Assembly (NCBI GenBank): GCA_023205875.1
Contig: CP060764.1
Location: 496,001 to 560,000 of the forward strand
DNA length: 64,000 nucleotides
DNA from: Chloropicon primus
Lineage: Eukaryota
Direction of reading: 5' to 3'
The position numbers and the translations under genes are program-made. The notes beneath the pieces are model-generated. The model made no database searches. It saw nothing but the letters and a program-made list of their open reading frames with translations, and was not told the origin of the DNA. Positions 11,118-21,266 of the stretch are shown piece by piece (the stretch's first letter is position 1; each line of letters opens with the position of its first letter).

Positions 11118-11771
11118 AGGAAGGAGGTGGAATTCAGTTTTAGGACGTGTCTTTTTTCTCATTCCTTTGGGTGGATAATCTTTCTTAGAATTTAGAATAA
11201 TAACTTAAACTTTTTGACTTTTCTGCTGCTGCTGTGGGACCGAGGAGGGATTGGATTGGATTGGACTGCAGGGAGGACACCCAGACCGAAACGTGTTTTG
11301 GAACCCCAGGAAGAGCCGGACGACGCGAAACCAAGCAAGCCTGAACCCATCCTGATAATTGGCCGCCCCCACAACACACCACGGACAATTCCCATGCGCA
11401 TTGATCCTCACACCCTACCATCAAAAAAAACTCAACATGTTCGGAGATTTCTCCACGTCAGCTTCCTCGTGATCGCATGTGCGCCACAAATTTTCAAGTT
11501 TTTTTTTTGAATAGTAATGCTCGCCTTATTTTTTCCCCTTTTTCCCTCCTCCGATCAATCTTATCGCGTTTTTGTGCGCAAAACGTGCTGGTTAACCAGG
11601 AGCGGCCCAAGGCGCCGCGTGAAACGACGAGAGGCCAATTCACCGCCCTTCCCATTCGTGTTGTGCTTTGCTTTTGTTGGTCCGAAGCAACTCTCATTCG
11701 TTCCCACGCAAAGGCGACGACGCATTGGTCTTCAAGGCACCGCGCGGGCCGAAACGAGCAAAGCCGAAACC

Positions 11772-14012
11772 ATGGTTCCTCCTTTGGCAGACCAAACGAA
11801 CGAGAGGGAGAACAAAATCGTCGTCGTGCCCTGGGCGCTCGACGACAACGACGACGAGGAGAAGTGCGAGACGTTCTCCTCGAAGTGCGCTCAATGGAGG
11901 GCCAAGGTGCACGGCCCTCCTTCCTCCCCCTCGTCGTCGTCGTCGAGCTCCTCCTCCCCCCGTCGCCGGCTGCTGACGAGGTGGGGGGAGGAGCTCGACC
12001 CGGAGGTCGGCGTCGTGCACTCCGAGTACCCCCGGCCCGCGATGGTGCGGGGCGGCGAGGAGGACTGGGTCTGCCTGAACGGGTTCTGGCAGTACGCCGT
12101 GAAGAGGATAGAGAAGGGCCAGCCGCCCAGGCAGTTTGACGGGGACATCCTCGTGCCCTTCCCCATAGAGAGCGTCCTCTCCGGCGTGGAGCGCAGGGTC
12201 ACCAAGGACGACTTCTTGTGGTACCGGAGGAAGTTCTCCCTGCCGAGGCACTACAGCAAGTCCGAGAGCAGGCTCGTCCTCCACTTCGGGGCGGTGGACT
12301 GGCAGACCATCGTGTACATCAACGGCCAGGCCGTGGGCGAGCACTCGGGGGGGTACGACCCCTTCGAGTTCGACATCACGAGGTTCCTGAACTTCTCCGG
12401 CACGGCCGAGCAGGAGGTGGTGGTGCGGGTGTACGACCCCACGGACGACGGGATCCAGCCCAGGGGCAAGCAGTGCGGGGACCCGTTCACCAGCAAGAGG
12501 GTGGTGGAGCCCCTCGGGATGTGGTACACCCCGAACAGCGGGATCTGGCAGACCGTGTGGCTGGAGTGCGTCCCCAAGGAGGCCTATATCCAGAGGATCA
12601 GGGTGATCCCCAACGTCGACGCGAACACGGTCACGGTGATGGCGAGCGTGCGGCAGGAGGTATTCAGAAGGAACCACGGCCTCTTCGTCAAGGTCCTTTG
12701 CGAGGGCGAGCTCGTGGGCTTCGCCTCGGGCTCGACCCACCACCAGGTGGAGATCAGCCTCAACGAGGGCCACAAGACCAGGCTCTGGACCCCGGAGAGC
12801 CCTTTCCTTTACGACGTGGAGGTCTACTTGCACGACTCGATCATCCCGAAGAAGTCGAACGACCACGTCGACATGGTCAGGAGCTACACCGCCATGAGGA
12901 AGGTCTCCGTGGGAACCGACGTGAACGGCGTCCAGAGGCTCAAGCTGAACAATAAGAACCTCTTCCAGTACGGGGTCCTGGACCAGGGCTGGTGGCCCGA
13001 CGGGCTCTACGCCCCGGCCTCCGAGGAGGCCCTCAAGTGGGACATCCAGATCACGAAGAGCATGGGGTTCAACATGATCAGGAAGCACGTCAAGGTGGAG
13101 AGCCAGAGGTGGTACTACCACTGCGACAGGATGGGGATGCTGGTGTGGCAGGACATGCCGAACGGGTCCAAGCCCGCCACTTGGGGGCCCAACGGGGAGC
13201 ACGACTACAGCGAGAACTCCTTGGACCCCTTGTTCGCGAAAATTTTCGAGGACGAGCTGCTGAACTGCGTGGACACGCTTTACAACCACCCCTGCATCGC
13301 GGTCTGGGTCCCGTTCAACGAGGCTTGGGGGCAGTACAACTCCGTTGAGGTCGTGAGCTGGCTGGAGCACTACGACAAGTCGAGGCTGGTGTGGCTGAGC
13401 GGGGGGAACGACTTTGGGGTGGGCGCCGCGATCGACAGGCACGTCTACCCGGAGCCCCGGATGCCCCCGTTGGACGACAAGAGGGTGTCCGTCCTGGGGG
13501 AGTTCGGGGGGCTGGGGCACGCCTTGGAGCAGCATGCCTGGGCGGTCCAATCAAACAGCCCCGTGGACTCTGGAGCCGAGGAGGAGGCCTCCTCTGAGGA
13601 TGACGCCTACGCCACCTTCGTGGAGTGGGGGTACGGCGAGTGCCCCAACCTGGACTCGCTCGCTCAGGACTACCTCGCGATGCTGGACAAGCTTCATCAG
13701 CTGGCGACGTCTGGCCTCAGCGCGGCGGTGTACACCCAGTTCAGCGACGTGGAGAGGGAATCCAATGGCCTGGTGACATACGACAGGAAGTTCATCAAGA
13801 TCGAAGTCAATCTGATGAAGCGGGCCCACAGGAGGCTGCTCTCGCGGGCCAGCACGATCTTCTCCAGGAGCCACATGGACCTCTTGGCCCTGAGCGAGGA
13901 AGCCAGGCCGGGAGTCAAGAAGTCAAGCTCGAGCCAGGACATCAAAGCAGTGAACGTGACAATGAAGCGGTCGAGCACAACGAACTACCTGAGCTGCCCG
14001 GTCTCGTCCTAA
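11772..14012 (+). CDS. Glycoside hydrolase family 2 (beta-galactosidase/glucuronidase-like)
   Basis: EYPRP, LNGFWQY, ILVPFPIESVLSG, LHFGAVDW, SGIWQTVWLE, LDQGWWPDGLY, FNMIRKHVKVE, WVPFNEAWG (acid/base), LGEFGG (nucleophile); intronless. Confidence 0.93.
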   Translation: MVPPLADQTNERENKIVVVPWALDDNDDEEKCETFSSKCAQWRAKVHGPPSSPSSSSSSSSSPRRRLLTRWGEELDPEVGVVHSEYPRPAMVRGGEEDWVCLNGFWQYAVKRIEKGQPPRQFDGDILVPFPIESVLSGVERRVTKDDFLWYRRKFSLPRHYSKSESRLVLHFGAVDWQTIVYINGQAVGEHSGGYDPFEFDITRFLNFSGTAEQEVVVRVYDPTDDGIQPRGKQCGDPFTSKRVVEPLGMWYTPNSGIWQTVWLECVPKEAYIQRIRVIPNVDANTVTVMASVRQEVFRRNHGLFVKVLCEGELVGFASGSTHHQVEISLNEGHKTRLWTPESPFLYDVEVYLHDSIIPKKSNDHVDMVRSYTAMRKVSVGTDVNGVQRLKLNNKNLFQYGVLDQGWWPDGLYAPASEEALKWDIQITKSMGFNMIRKHVKVESQRWYYHCDRMGMLVWQDMPNGSKPATWGPNGEHDYSENSLDPLFAKIFEDELLNCVDTLYNHPCIAVWVPFNEAWGQYNSVEVVSWLEHYDKSRLVWLSGGNDFGVGAAIDRHVYPEPRMPPLDDKRVSVLGEFGGLGHALEQHAWAVQSNSPVDSGAEEEASSEDDAYATFVEWGYGECPNLDSLAQDYLAMLDKLHQLATSGLSAAVYTQFSDVERESNGLVTYDRKFIKIEVNLMKRAHRRLLSRASTIFSRSHMDLLALSEEARPGVKKSSSSQDIKAVNVTMKRSSTTNYLSCPVSS

Positions 14013-14123
14013 ATTTTTGGAGGTGACCCTGTAAAATACGGCGTGAGGGATCTCCTCCGCCAAAACCAAACGAAACGAGACCAAATACACAATTTTTTGG
14101 GAGAAAAATAAATCACCAAGCAA

Positions 14124-15395
14124 TTAAGAAGTTGCCTTTGGAGCCTTGCTCACCACAGTCTGCTCTGGAGACTCCGGCATGACCTCCTGGGCTTTCTCTT
14201 CCTTCATTTTCTGCACCTTCTTCTTGGCTAGCATTCCACGCGCCTTGCTCTGGATCTTCATCGCAGCCTCCTCTTCTTTGGTGTCAGTCTCCTGCTGAGC
14301 CTTGCTCTCTTCCGCCTTTTCGCCCAACTGGATCTCCCTCTCCTGCTGTGACTTCCTTCTCGCCATCCTCCCCCTGTGAACCGCTTGAATCCTCGTCGCG
14401 GCCTCCTCCCTCTCCTTCTTCATCTTATCTGTCGTCTTCCTAGCTTGATACCCGCGGTACTTGGACTGAACAATTGTTGCGGCCCCATCAGTCGTCATCG
14501 AGCTCTTCTTGGCTGGGGCGCTCCCGCCTGCCTCGCCGCCCTCGCCCTTGCCACCCGTGTTAATCACAACTGACTTGACTTTTTCCTTCTCCTTTTCGTC
14601 CTGCTGGGCACCTCCGCCCTCCGAGGCCGAGGTCGTGTTCTCAGCGTTTCTCAACGCCTCTGCGGTCTTGCGCAGGGTCAAGGTCAGGCTCTTCTGCTCC
14701 GTCAGCTTCCTCTGCACGGCCTTGCACTCTAAGTTCTTTGCCCTCACTTCCTTGTCCTTGTTCTCGATGTCCTGCTGGAGGCTCGCGATTTGACTGTCCC
14801 TCTCTTTGACTTTCTTGTTCGCGGCGTTCAAGCTGTGTCTAAATTTTTTGCCCTCCGTCTCTTTCGACTTGGTGAGGACCTCGACCCTATGCTCAAAGTC
14901 CCTCAGAGACCTCTCTTGCTCCTCTAGCTTTTCTTGGAGTTGCTCCTGGGTGAGAGAGTCCCCGTGGGACTTGGTCAAGGAGGCAAGCTTCTCGTTCAGG
15001 GCTGAGACTTTGTCCTTTAGCTTCAAGAGCTGCTGCTCTTGCGCCTTGACAGTCTGGGACGTCTTCGAGGCCTCCTCCTTGTACTTCTTCGCGCGGTCCC
15101 TCAGCACCCTGTTGTCCTCGATAATGGCTCTCAGCTTGGGGGGGAGGTCCGTCCCGTCCCCGGCAAATTCTTCGCCGAGCTTCGAGCGAACCGCAGGGTT
15201 CTTGGTCTGCCTCTTCCACACCTTGTTCTGCTCGTTCACCCTGTGTATCTCCTCCTTCTGCTGCTGAGCGAGGTTCTCCAGGTTCTCAATGTAGGACTGG
15301 AGCTCTTGTATCATGTGCATGCTCCTAATGGTGTTCAGATGCTGCGACTTGTAGCGCGGGGAAGCGTTCCCTTTCGTCGGGGACTCGTTCGCCAT
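14124..15395 (-). CDS. Coiled-coil protein with lebercilin (LCA5)-like region and three IQ motifs
   Basis: Pattern IQELQ..QNKVWKRQ..DLPPKLRAIIEDNRVLRDR resembles the lebercilin domain; IQ motifs IVQSKYRGYQARK, IQAVHRGRMARR, IQSKARGMLAKK. Confidence 0.7.
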   Translation of the reverse strand: MANESPTKGNASPRYKSQHLNTIRSMHMIQELQSYIENLENLAQQQKEEIHRVNEQNKVWKRQTKNPAVRSKLGEEFAGDGTDLPPKLRAIIEDNRVLRDRAKKYKEEASKTSQTVKAQEQQLLKLKDKVSALNEKLASLTKSHGDSLTQEQLQEKLEEQERSLRDFEHRVEVLTKSKETEGKKFRHSLNAANKKVKERDSQIASLQQDIENKDKEVRAKNLECKAVQRKLTEQKSLTLTLRKTAEALRNAENTTSASEGGGAQQDEKEKEKVKSVVINTGGKGEGGEAGGSAPAKKSSMTTDGAATIVQSKYRGYQARKTTDKMKKEREEAATRIQAVHRGRMARRKSQQEREIQLGEKAEESKAQQETDTKEEEAAMKIQSKARGMLAKKKVQKMKEEKAQEVMPESPEQTVVSKAPKATS

Positions 15396-16358
15396 GGTGG
15401 TGACAACAACCTACTCCTCAACTTCAATCGGGTCCTGGTCCTTCAATTCCTCTCTCTCTCTCTTAAGCTCTCTCTTAAGCTCCTTTGAGTTGGCGAAAAT
15501 TGTAGTTCAGGGGAATCAGGAAGACTCCTCCTTCAATACCATCGAGCACTGTGGTTCGCAGCTCAATTCCTCCGACCACCCAAAGGGCCAACACTTCAGG
15601 TCTCAACGTTACCAAGGCACACACTCTCTGTTCGTTGCCAAGGTGGCAAACTATCACCTGTCTCCTTTGGCCCCTCTCGTTCGATGCCTCAGTTGTCCAG
15701 ACAACTCCCTCTCTCCTCTCCCTCACGAAACCCCCTCCTCCCCCCCCCCATCACCGCTTCACCAACTTCGTCCAGAGACGTCACACTTCGGGTCCCACAG
15801 CGTGGTCCCAACGTGGAGGAACTACTCCACACCCCCTTCCTGGGGTAAGGTCTTGTGTCGCAATCGTAAGCCACTGCCTTTTTTTCCTATCCTAAATAAG
15901 AAGCGTTTAGCACTTTGAGGCAAACGAACGAGGTGAAATGGTCAACTTTGCCTTGCAGAGTGCGAGCCGTGGTACACTCAACTCTCTCTCTCTCTCTCTC
16001 TCGGCCTCGCCTTGATCCTGCAAGGTGTGGGATCCATCGGAGGGAGGACGAACGTGGTCCCCCTGCCCAACCAAGCCTGGTCCGGTCTAGTCCCTTTCCT
16101 CCTAATCCTCCTCCTGTTCCAAAGATGGCACCTTGGGAGGTGTGAAACTGGCTAGGCCGCTAGGCTAGGACCCATCTTGGCCAGGAAGCAGTGTCCAGCC
16201 ACCAGAAAACGTTTCGTGGGTGTGACGTGAGGTGACGCGATACAGATAAGACAACCAGTTTGGTGGTTTGGCTGGCTGCCTGCTTGACAGGAGGACAGGG
16301 ATAATCCTGTTTCCATCACTGGTTCGGTATTGCCAGGAGCGCAAAAGCATTAGCATCA

Positions 16359-18164
16359 ATGCCGCGAACGCATTCGTATTGGGGTGTGGCCCTGTGCCTC
16401 AGCTTGGGATCCCTTCTGATCGCGAGCCAGGTGGAGGCCCAGGCCGAGAGGGTGGTCCAATTGCACGGGAGCGGAACGACGAACGTAAGTGTCTTGCTTG
16501 CGAAAAGGATTGATCAGGGGAGAGACTGACCCTCTTCTTGACGCAGCCTTCGAGATATATCTGGCAAGTCATGGACTTGCTGGAGGAGAGGACCAGGATG
16601 CCCATCAGGGCGACGTACAGAGCCGTCGGCTCGGGAACTGGCCAAGCCGAGTTCGTCGGGGACGCCAACAATGCCCACACGGCGTACAACCACTTTGGTT
16701 CTGGCGACGTCCCGATGACTGCGGACAACTACAAGAGTCTCGGTGACAACGGGAGGACTATGCTCCACGTTCCTTTCGCGCTTGGTGCAGTCTCCTTCTT
16801 TCACTCCATTCCTGGCCTTGATATGGCTCACAGGAGGCTGAACCTGACAGCGTGCTTGCTCTCCAAGGTTATGCAGAGAGAAATCACGACGTGGGATGAT
16901 CCAGGTGAGTGTGCACAAGTCTCGGTCTTTGTCGGACCTGACCAGAAGCGAAGTCTGACCCCGATTCCTGCTTCCCCCCCGTCCCTCCCTCTCTGCCCTT
17001 GATGGTGCTGCTGCAGAGATTCTCGTGGAGAACCCGAACATGCTGGAGTTCTCCCCTGACGTCGCGGGGAAGGACATCAAAGTAGTCCACCGGGCGCTGG
17101 GGAGCAGCTCCACCAGCGGGGCCACGCACTACCTTCACGACGCCTGCCCCACGGATTGGAAGCTGGGCTACGGCAAGACGGTCGCCTGGCCGGCGGGCAC
17201 GGTCTCCGCCCAGGGTTCCGGGGGGGTCGCGTCCTACCTTTCCTCCAACGAGTACGCCATCTCCTACGTCGACTCGGGGTTTGGGCACTCTGCGAACCTG
17301 AAGGAGATCCAGTTGCAGAACAAGGCCGGGGTTTTCCTGAACAGTCTTGAGGCGAACATCTCAAGCATTGCGGCGGAGGCCCTGAAGGAGAACATCCTGC
17401 CCTCGACCCCGGACGCGGACTGGAGCGCGGTGAATCTCTACAACCTGGACGGCGCCGACACTTGGCCGATCACCTCGTTCAGTTACTTTTACATCGACAG
17501 GGACGTCACGTCCTTGGGCGAGAGCGGCGCCCTCCTCAAGGCCTTCCTGGAGTTCGTCATGTCGGAGGCTGGCCAGGGGATGCTGTCCGAGTTCGGGTTC
17601 TCCCCGCTTCCCGCGGACCTGCTGGCGTACAACGAGGAGACCCTCGGCAACGTGCTGACTGTCGACCCGGCGGCCGCGCAGTGGCTCTTGGAGACCAAGG
17701 CCAAGACCCAGAAGTACCTCGGGGCGGGGAGCTACGTGCTGAGCGAGAAGAGGAGGAGCTACGGGGAGTACCAGCGCACGGTCTTCGCCTCCCAGCTCGC
17801 CAGCTTGGAGTTCACGATGGACGGGATGATGAAGGACCACGCTCAGCTGGTCGCCCACAACGAGAGCCTCGCCGCCCTGGAGAAGGAGCTGGAGGCGAGG
17901 AAGCAGGAGGACGGGGAGATGGCGACGTCGCTGGCCGTGCTCAGGGAGCAAGTGCTGAAACACACGCATTCGAAGCTGGAGGGCGGCGCCGAGTTGAACG
18001 AGGTCAGGGACGTGGCCATCGCTGGGATTTGCCTGACCTTCCTGGTGGTCTTCCCCCTTGCCGTGTTCAACCTGGTGTCCATCAGGAGGATCAAGGCCCT
18101 GAACGGGCTCGTGCTGGAGCGCAACGTGGGCATGACCAAGCTCGAGGGAGCCGGGCAGGTGTAA
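16359..18164 (+). CDS. PstS-like phosphate-binding protein with signal peptide and C-terminal TM anchor; exons 16359-16484, 16547-16904, 17017-18164
   Basis: LHGSGTTNP, YRAVGSGTG, FGSGDVPM, ITTWDDPEI, VVHRALGSSSTSG, ISYVD, LQNKAG, WPITSFSY parallel PstS motifs; two GT-AG introns restore the frame; coiled coil and TM near the C terminus. Confidence 0.85.
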
Positions 18165-18258
18165 ACGACGGCGGATTGCGATTGATTGATTGACCAGAGT
18201 GGATGATTAGCTGTGTCTTCTTCCAGTAGTACCCTTGCCCTTGCCCTTCCCTCCCTTC

Positions 18259-18294
<36 letters not shown>

Positions 18295-18313
18295 GTTCTG
18301 TTTGCCTCTCTCC

Positions 18314-18619
18314 TCAGCCGTGCCCGCAGAGCTCCTGGGCCTTGACGTGCATCGAGTGGTAGAAGGTGCGGATGCACTCCCTCGAGGGAGCCCTCAGGGC
18401 CCTCGACAGCTTGTCCATCTGCGCGTCCGTGGGGTACGGCTCGAGCTTGTACGCCTCGCAAAGCTTGCCCTTGGCCGCTTCGGACGCGGTCGCGTACCAG
18501 CGGCCCGCGTTGGCCTCCTCGCTCCCCGCCAGGGTGAGGCGCAAGACCTCCGAAGCGGAGAAGGACCGCACGCACAGTCCGTCGCTCGAGAGGACCCCAG
18601 ACCCCGACCTTGTCGCCAT
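18314..18619 (-). CDS. Small (101 aa) protein with degenerate homeodomain
   Basis: KLCEAYKLEPYPTDAQMDKLSRALRAPSRECIRTFYHSMHVK fits helix1-PYP-helix2-helix3 spacing, with the canonical WF.N.R replaced by FYHSMH; GC3-rich codons. Confidence 0.55.
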   Translation of the reverse strand: MATRSGSGVLSSDGLCVRSFSASEVLRLTLAGSEEANAGRWYATASEAAKGKLCEAYKLEPYPTDAQMDKLSRALRAPSRECIRTFYHSMHVKAQELCGHG

Positions 18620-19226
18620 CCCGCCCTTTCTCTCGTGCGCGCTTTTGCTTTCGCTTCTTTCGAAAGTCCGACAGAGGAAGAGAGGCGTCAGAAGTGGAGC
18701 CGAGAGAACGAACGAACGAAGGAGGGAGGGAGGGGAGGAGCACACACGCACTCAACGATGATTGTCCTGTCCACTCTTTGCCCGACAGCCTTTTTTCTTT
18801 CTTTTTTTTTGAGCGCACAGTGAGCGAGGCTCGAGCGTTACGTTTAACCAAAAAGTGTAACGCCTGACAAACCTTGTTTCTTTTCTTTGCACGGATAGAA
18901 CGACTCCACGCTTAATGCGTGTTTTGTAATGCGTCTCGCTGTGGAGCAGTGATACTACGAGAGCAGTGGTCACGTCTCCAACCCCACCGCACTCTTTTTG
19001 TTCGTCGTCTTATCATCAACGCGAGCACCGCGACGACGCGCAAGGAGGACGAAGACGCCCAAGGGGGGGTTGTTGCTTCGTTGCCGGCATCGCGCAAGGT
19101 TAGACCGAGACCGAGACTTCCTGCCTTGTACGGGGCGTCGTACGCTCGTGCGCGTTGCGTGTTGTGTATCTCGTCTCTCTCGCTCTCTTTGCTTGTTTCG
19201 TTCCTTCGGAACGGGACTCGGGGAAG

Positions 19227-21266
19227 ATGCTTCAGCAGCAGTACCACGAGGTCGGGGTTCCGCCCCACCACCACCAAGTCGTCGGCGCGGAAGCCGGTGC
19301 CTCGGGCTACCACCGCCAGGAGAGCAGGAGCTCGAGCTCCCACTCCCAGGAGGGTTTGCCGCCCCATCCACCACCACCGCACCCGGGTGCGGGTGGGCCC
19401 GCGACCGAGGCGGTGTTCAACGCCCTGGGGTACGGCGGCCCGCCCGCCCAGTCCGCGAAGAAGCCCCCGAGCAGCAAGTACGGGTTCAGGTTCCTCAAGC
19501 ACGAGAGGCAGATCCTGGAGCAGTGGTACGCGGACCACGACGGGAGGACGGCGCCGATCGCGCAGCGCAAGCAGTGGTGCATGGTGTGGAACGACCACCG
19601 GAAGAGGTACAAGGAGTACCACACGGAGGTGACCCACCAGCAGTGCAAGCAGTGGTTCGAGAACATGCGCAGGACCAGGAACCAGAAGGGCGGTGGAGGG
19701 AGGGTGAAGCACCACCACCACCACCACCACCACATGGCGGGCGGCCCGCCGGGGCACTTTGCGCCCCACGGGCAGCCCGCGAGCGTCCACCCCGGCGTGA
19801 ACCCGCGGACCTACCTGGCCGCCAGCACCGCCAAGATGCACGACGCGATCACCCAAGCCGCCGCGACGGTGGCCGAGCACATGCACCTGCTCCAGGAGGG
19901 CTACGTCCCCCCGGAGGACGACGCCGAGTTCGGTTGGGAGGAGGCCGACCTGAAGGGCATCGTGGAGAAGCTGCTGGTCGCCCTGGAGTCCCAGTTCCAC
20001 AGCAACTCTGGGGTCCCGTCCCCCCAGTCCACAATCTCGCCCCAGCAGGAGTTCCACTTCCGGATCTTCCAGCAGATGCTGGCCCAGGACAGGCAGATGG
20101 ACGGCGAGTGGGAGAACCTGAACGACCTGTCCGCGATGCTGCAGGAGAGGACCGAGGGGGACGAGGACTCGCGGGAGTTCGCCCTGGAGAATGCCGGGAA
20201 GATCGTCGACATGTACCTGCAGAAGCTGGAGATGGTAGTGACGGAGAAGACCAAGATCATCATCAGCTTGCTGGGGAGCCTCCCAGTGCTGATTCAGCCG
20301 CCGGCCTCCGTCAAGTCGGAGGCCGCGGCCGTCAGCGACCCGGATGGGCAGAGGGACTTGGCCTGGAGCAGGGCTTGGACCGCCCCTCCCCGCGGCCTGG
20401 ACCACAAGAAGACCGCCACGACCAAGCTGGACATCTTCCAGGGCTGCTTCCTGAGCGACCACCAGAGGGCGAACTACTTCCTCGGGGTGCCCCTGCACGC
20501 CAGCGCCCTGGCCTCCGCCGTGTGCTTCAGCTTGGGCTCGGGCTCGGGCGACCAGGAGGAGAGGCTCACCTCCCAGCAGGCCGACAACCTGGTGAGCCTG
20601 TACGAGGTCGCCGCCGTGCAGGAGCTCGAGCTCACCCAGCAGCTCGACTCGCTGTGGAACTTGAAGCCCTTCGACTGCCAGAGCCTCGCCACGGACTCTT
20701 GGAGGATGTGGATCCAGAACCACAACAAGCCTGAGTTCTACTACCCTCTCAAGGTGCTAGCGGACGCGGTGCCCGCGGCGGACCAGAACTACGGCTTTGT
20801 GTCCGCAACGAGGAATTCTCTGGTCTTGTCCCTGAGCTTCCTCAAGGGCCTCAGGTACGCCTTGCCCCTCCCTCTGTTCATAAAGTGCATGATCCAATTC
20901 CACCAGGCGCACTATTTATTCTCCGCTTCTGCGATGCTCGAGGAGCTGACCGTGATGGCCGGCAATCTGGCGGGGTCCGCTGGGCCAAAGGATGCCAAGC
21001 AGGACGCCTCCCAGCCCTCCGATGCTCATCCAGCGGTGAAGGAGGAGAAGAAGGAGCCAGCCATGAAGCAGGAGGAGAAGGAGCCAGTTGTGAAGCAGGA
21101 GGAGAAGGAGCCAGCTGTGAAGCAGGAGGAGAAGGAGCCAGCTGTGAAGCAGGAGGAGAAGGAGCCAGCCGTGATGCAGGAGGAGAAGGAGCCAGCCGTG
21201 AAGCTTGAGTCGAAGACTACTACCGAGGGGGAGGAGGGTGACGCCGTCAAACCACAAGGGGTGTGA
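19227..21266 (+). CDS. Atypical homeodomain transcription factor with DOG1/TGA-like domain and repetitive C-terminal tail
   Basis: FLKHERQILEQWYADH...VTHQQCKQWFENMRRTR; poly-His tract; ATTKLDIFQGCFLSDHQRANYFLG and ERLTSQQADNLVSL..ELELTQQLDSL resemble the DOG1 domain. Confidence 0.75.
   Translation: MLQQQYHEVGVPPHHHQVVGAEAGASGYHRQESRSSSSHSQEGLPPHPPPPHPGAGGPATEAVFNALGYGGPPAQSAKKPPSSKYGFRFLKHERQILEQWYADHDGRTAPIAQRKQWCMVWNDHRKRYKEYHTEVTHQQCKQWFENMRRTRNQKGGGGRVKHHHHHHHHMAGGPPGHFAPHGQPASVHPGVNPRTYLAASTAKMHDAITQAAATVAEHMHLLQEGYVPPEDDAEFGWEEADLKGIVEKLLVALESQFHSNSGVPSPQSTISPQQEFHFRIFQQMLAQDRQMDGEWENLNDLSAMLQERTEGDEDSREFALENAGKIVDMYLQKLEMVVTEKTKIIISLLGSLPVLIQPPASVKSEAAAVSDPDGQRDLAWSRAWTAPPRGLDHKKTATTKLDIFQGCFLSDHQRANYFLGVPLHASALASAVCFSLGSGSGDQEERLTSQQADNLVSLYEVAAVQELELTQQLDSLWNLKPFDCQSLATDSWRMWIQNHNKPEFYYPLKVLADAVPAADQNYGFVSATRNSLVLSLSFLKGLRYALPLPLFIKCMIQFHQAHYLFSASAMLEELTVMAGNLAGSAGPKDAKQDASQPSDAHPAVKEEKKEPAMKQEEKEPVVKQEEKEPAVKQEEKEPAVKQEEKEPAVMQEEKEPAVKLESKTTTEGEEGDAVKPQGV
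21030..21209 (+). repeat. Coding 27-bp tandem repeat (~6 units) encoding EPAVKQEEK
   Basis: Units of gaaggagccagc(c/t)gtgaagcaggagga read directly. Confidence 0.95.

Noticed and set aside
11694..13550. Long antisense or alternative-frame ORFs (also 18912-20723, 18998-20734, 22943-24622, 46864-48153)
   Set aside because: Shadows of GC3-rich genes; low-complexity translations with no domain motifs.
6425..18164. Bacterial contamination, suggested by the Prx, GH2 and PstS-like genes
   Set aside because: These genes are interleaved with clearly eukaryotic genes and carry introns, transit peptides or TGTAA signals.
21030..21209. CRISPR-like repeat array
   Set aside because: Units are contiguous with no spacers, in frame within a CDS, and the context is eukaryotic.
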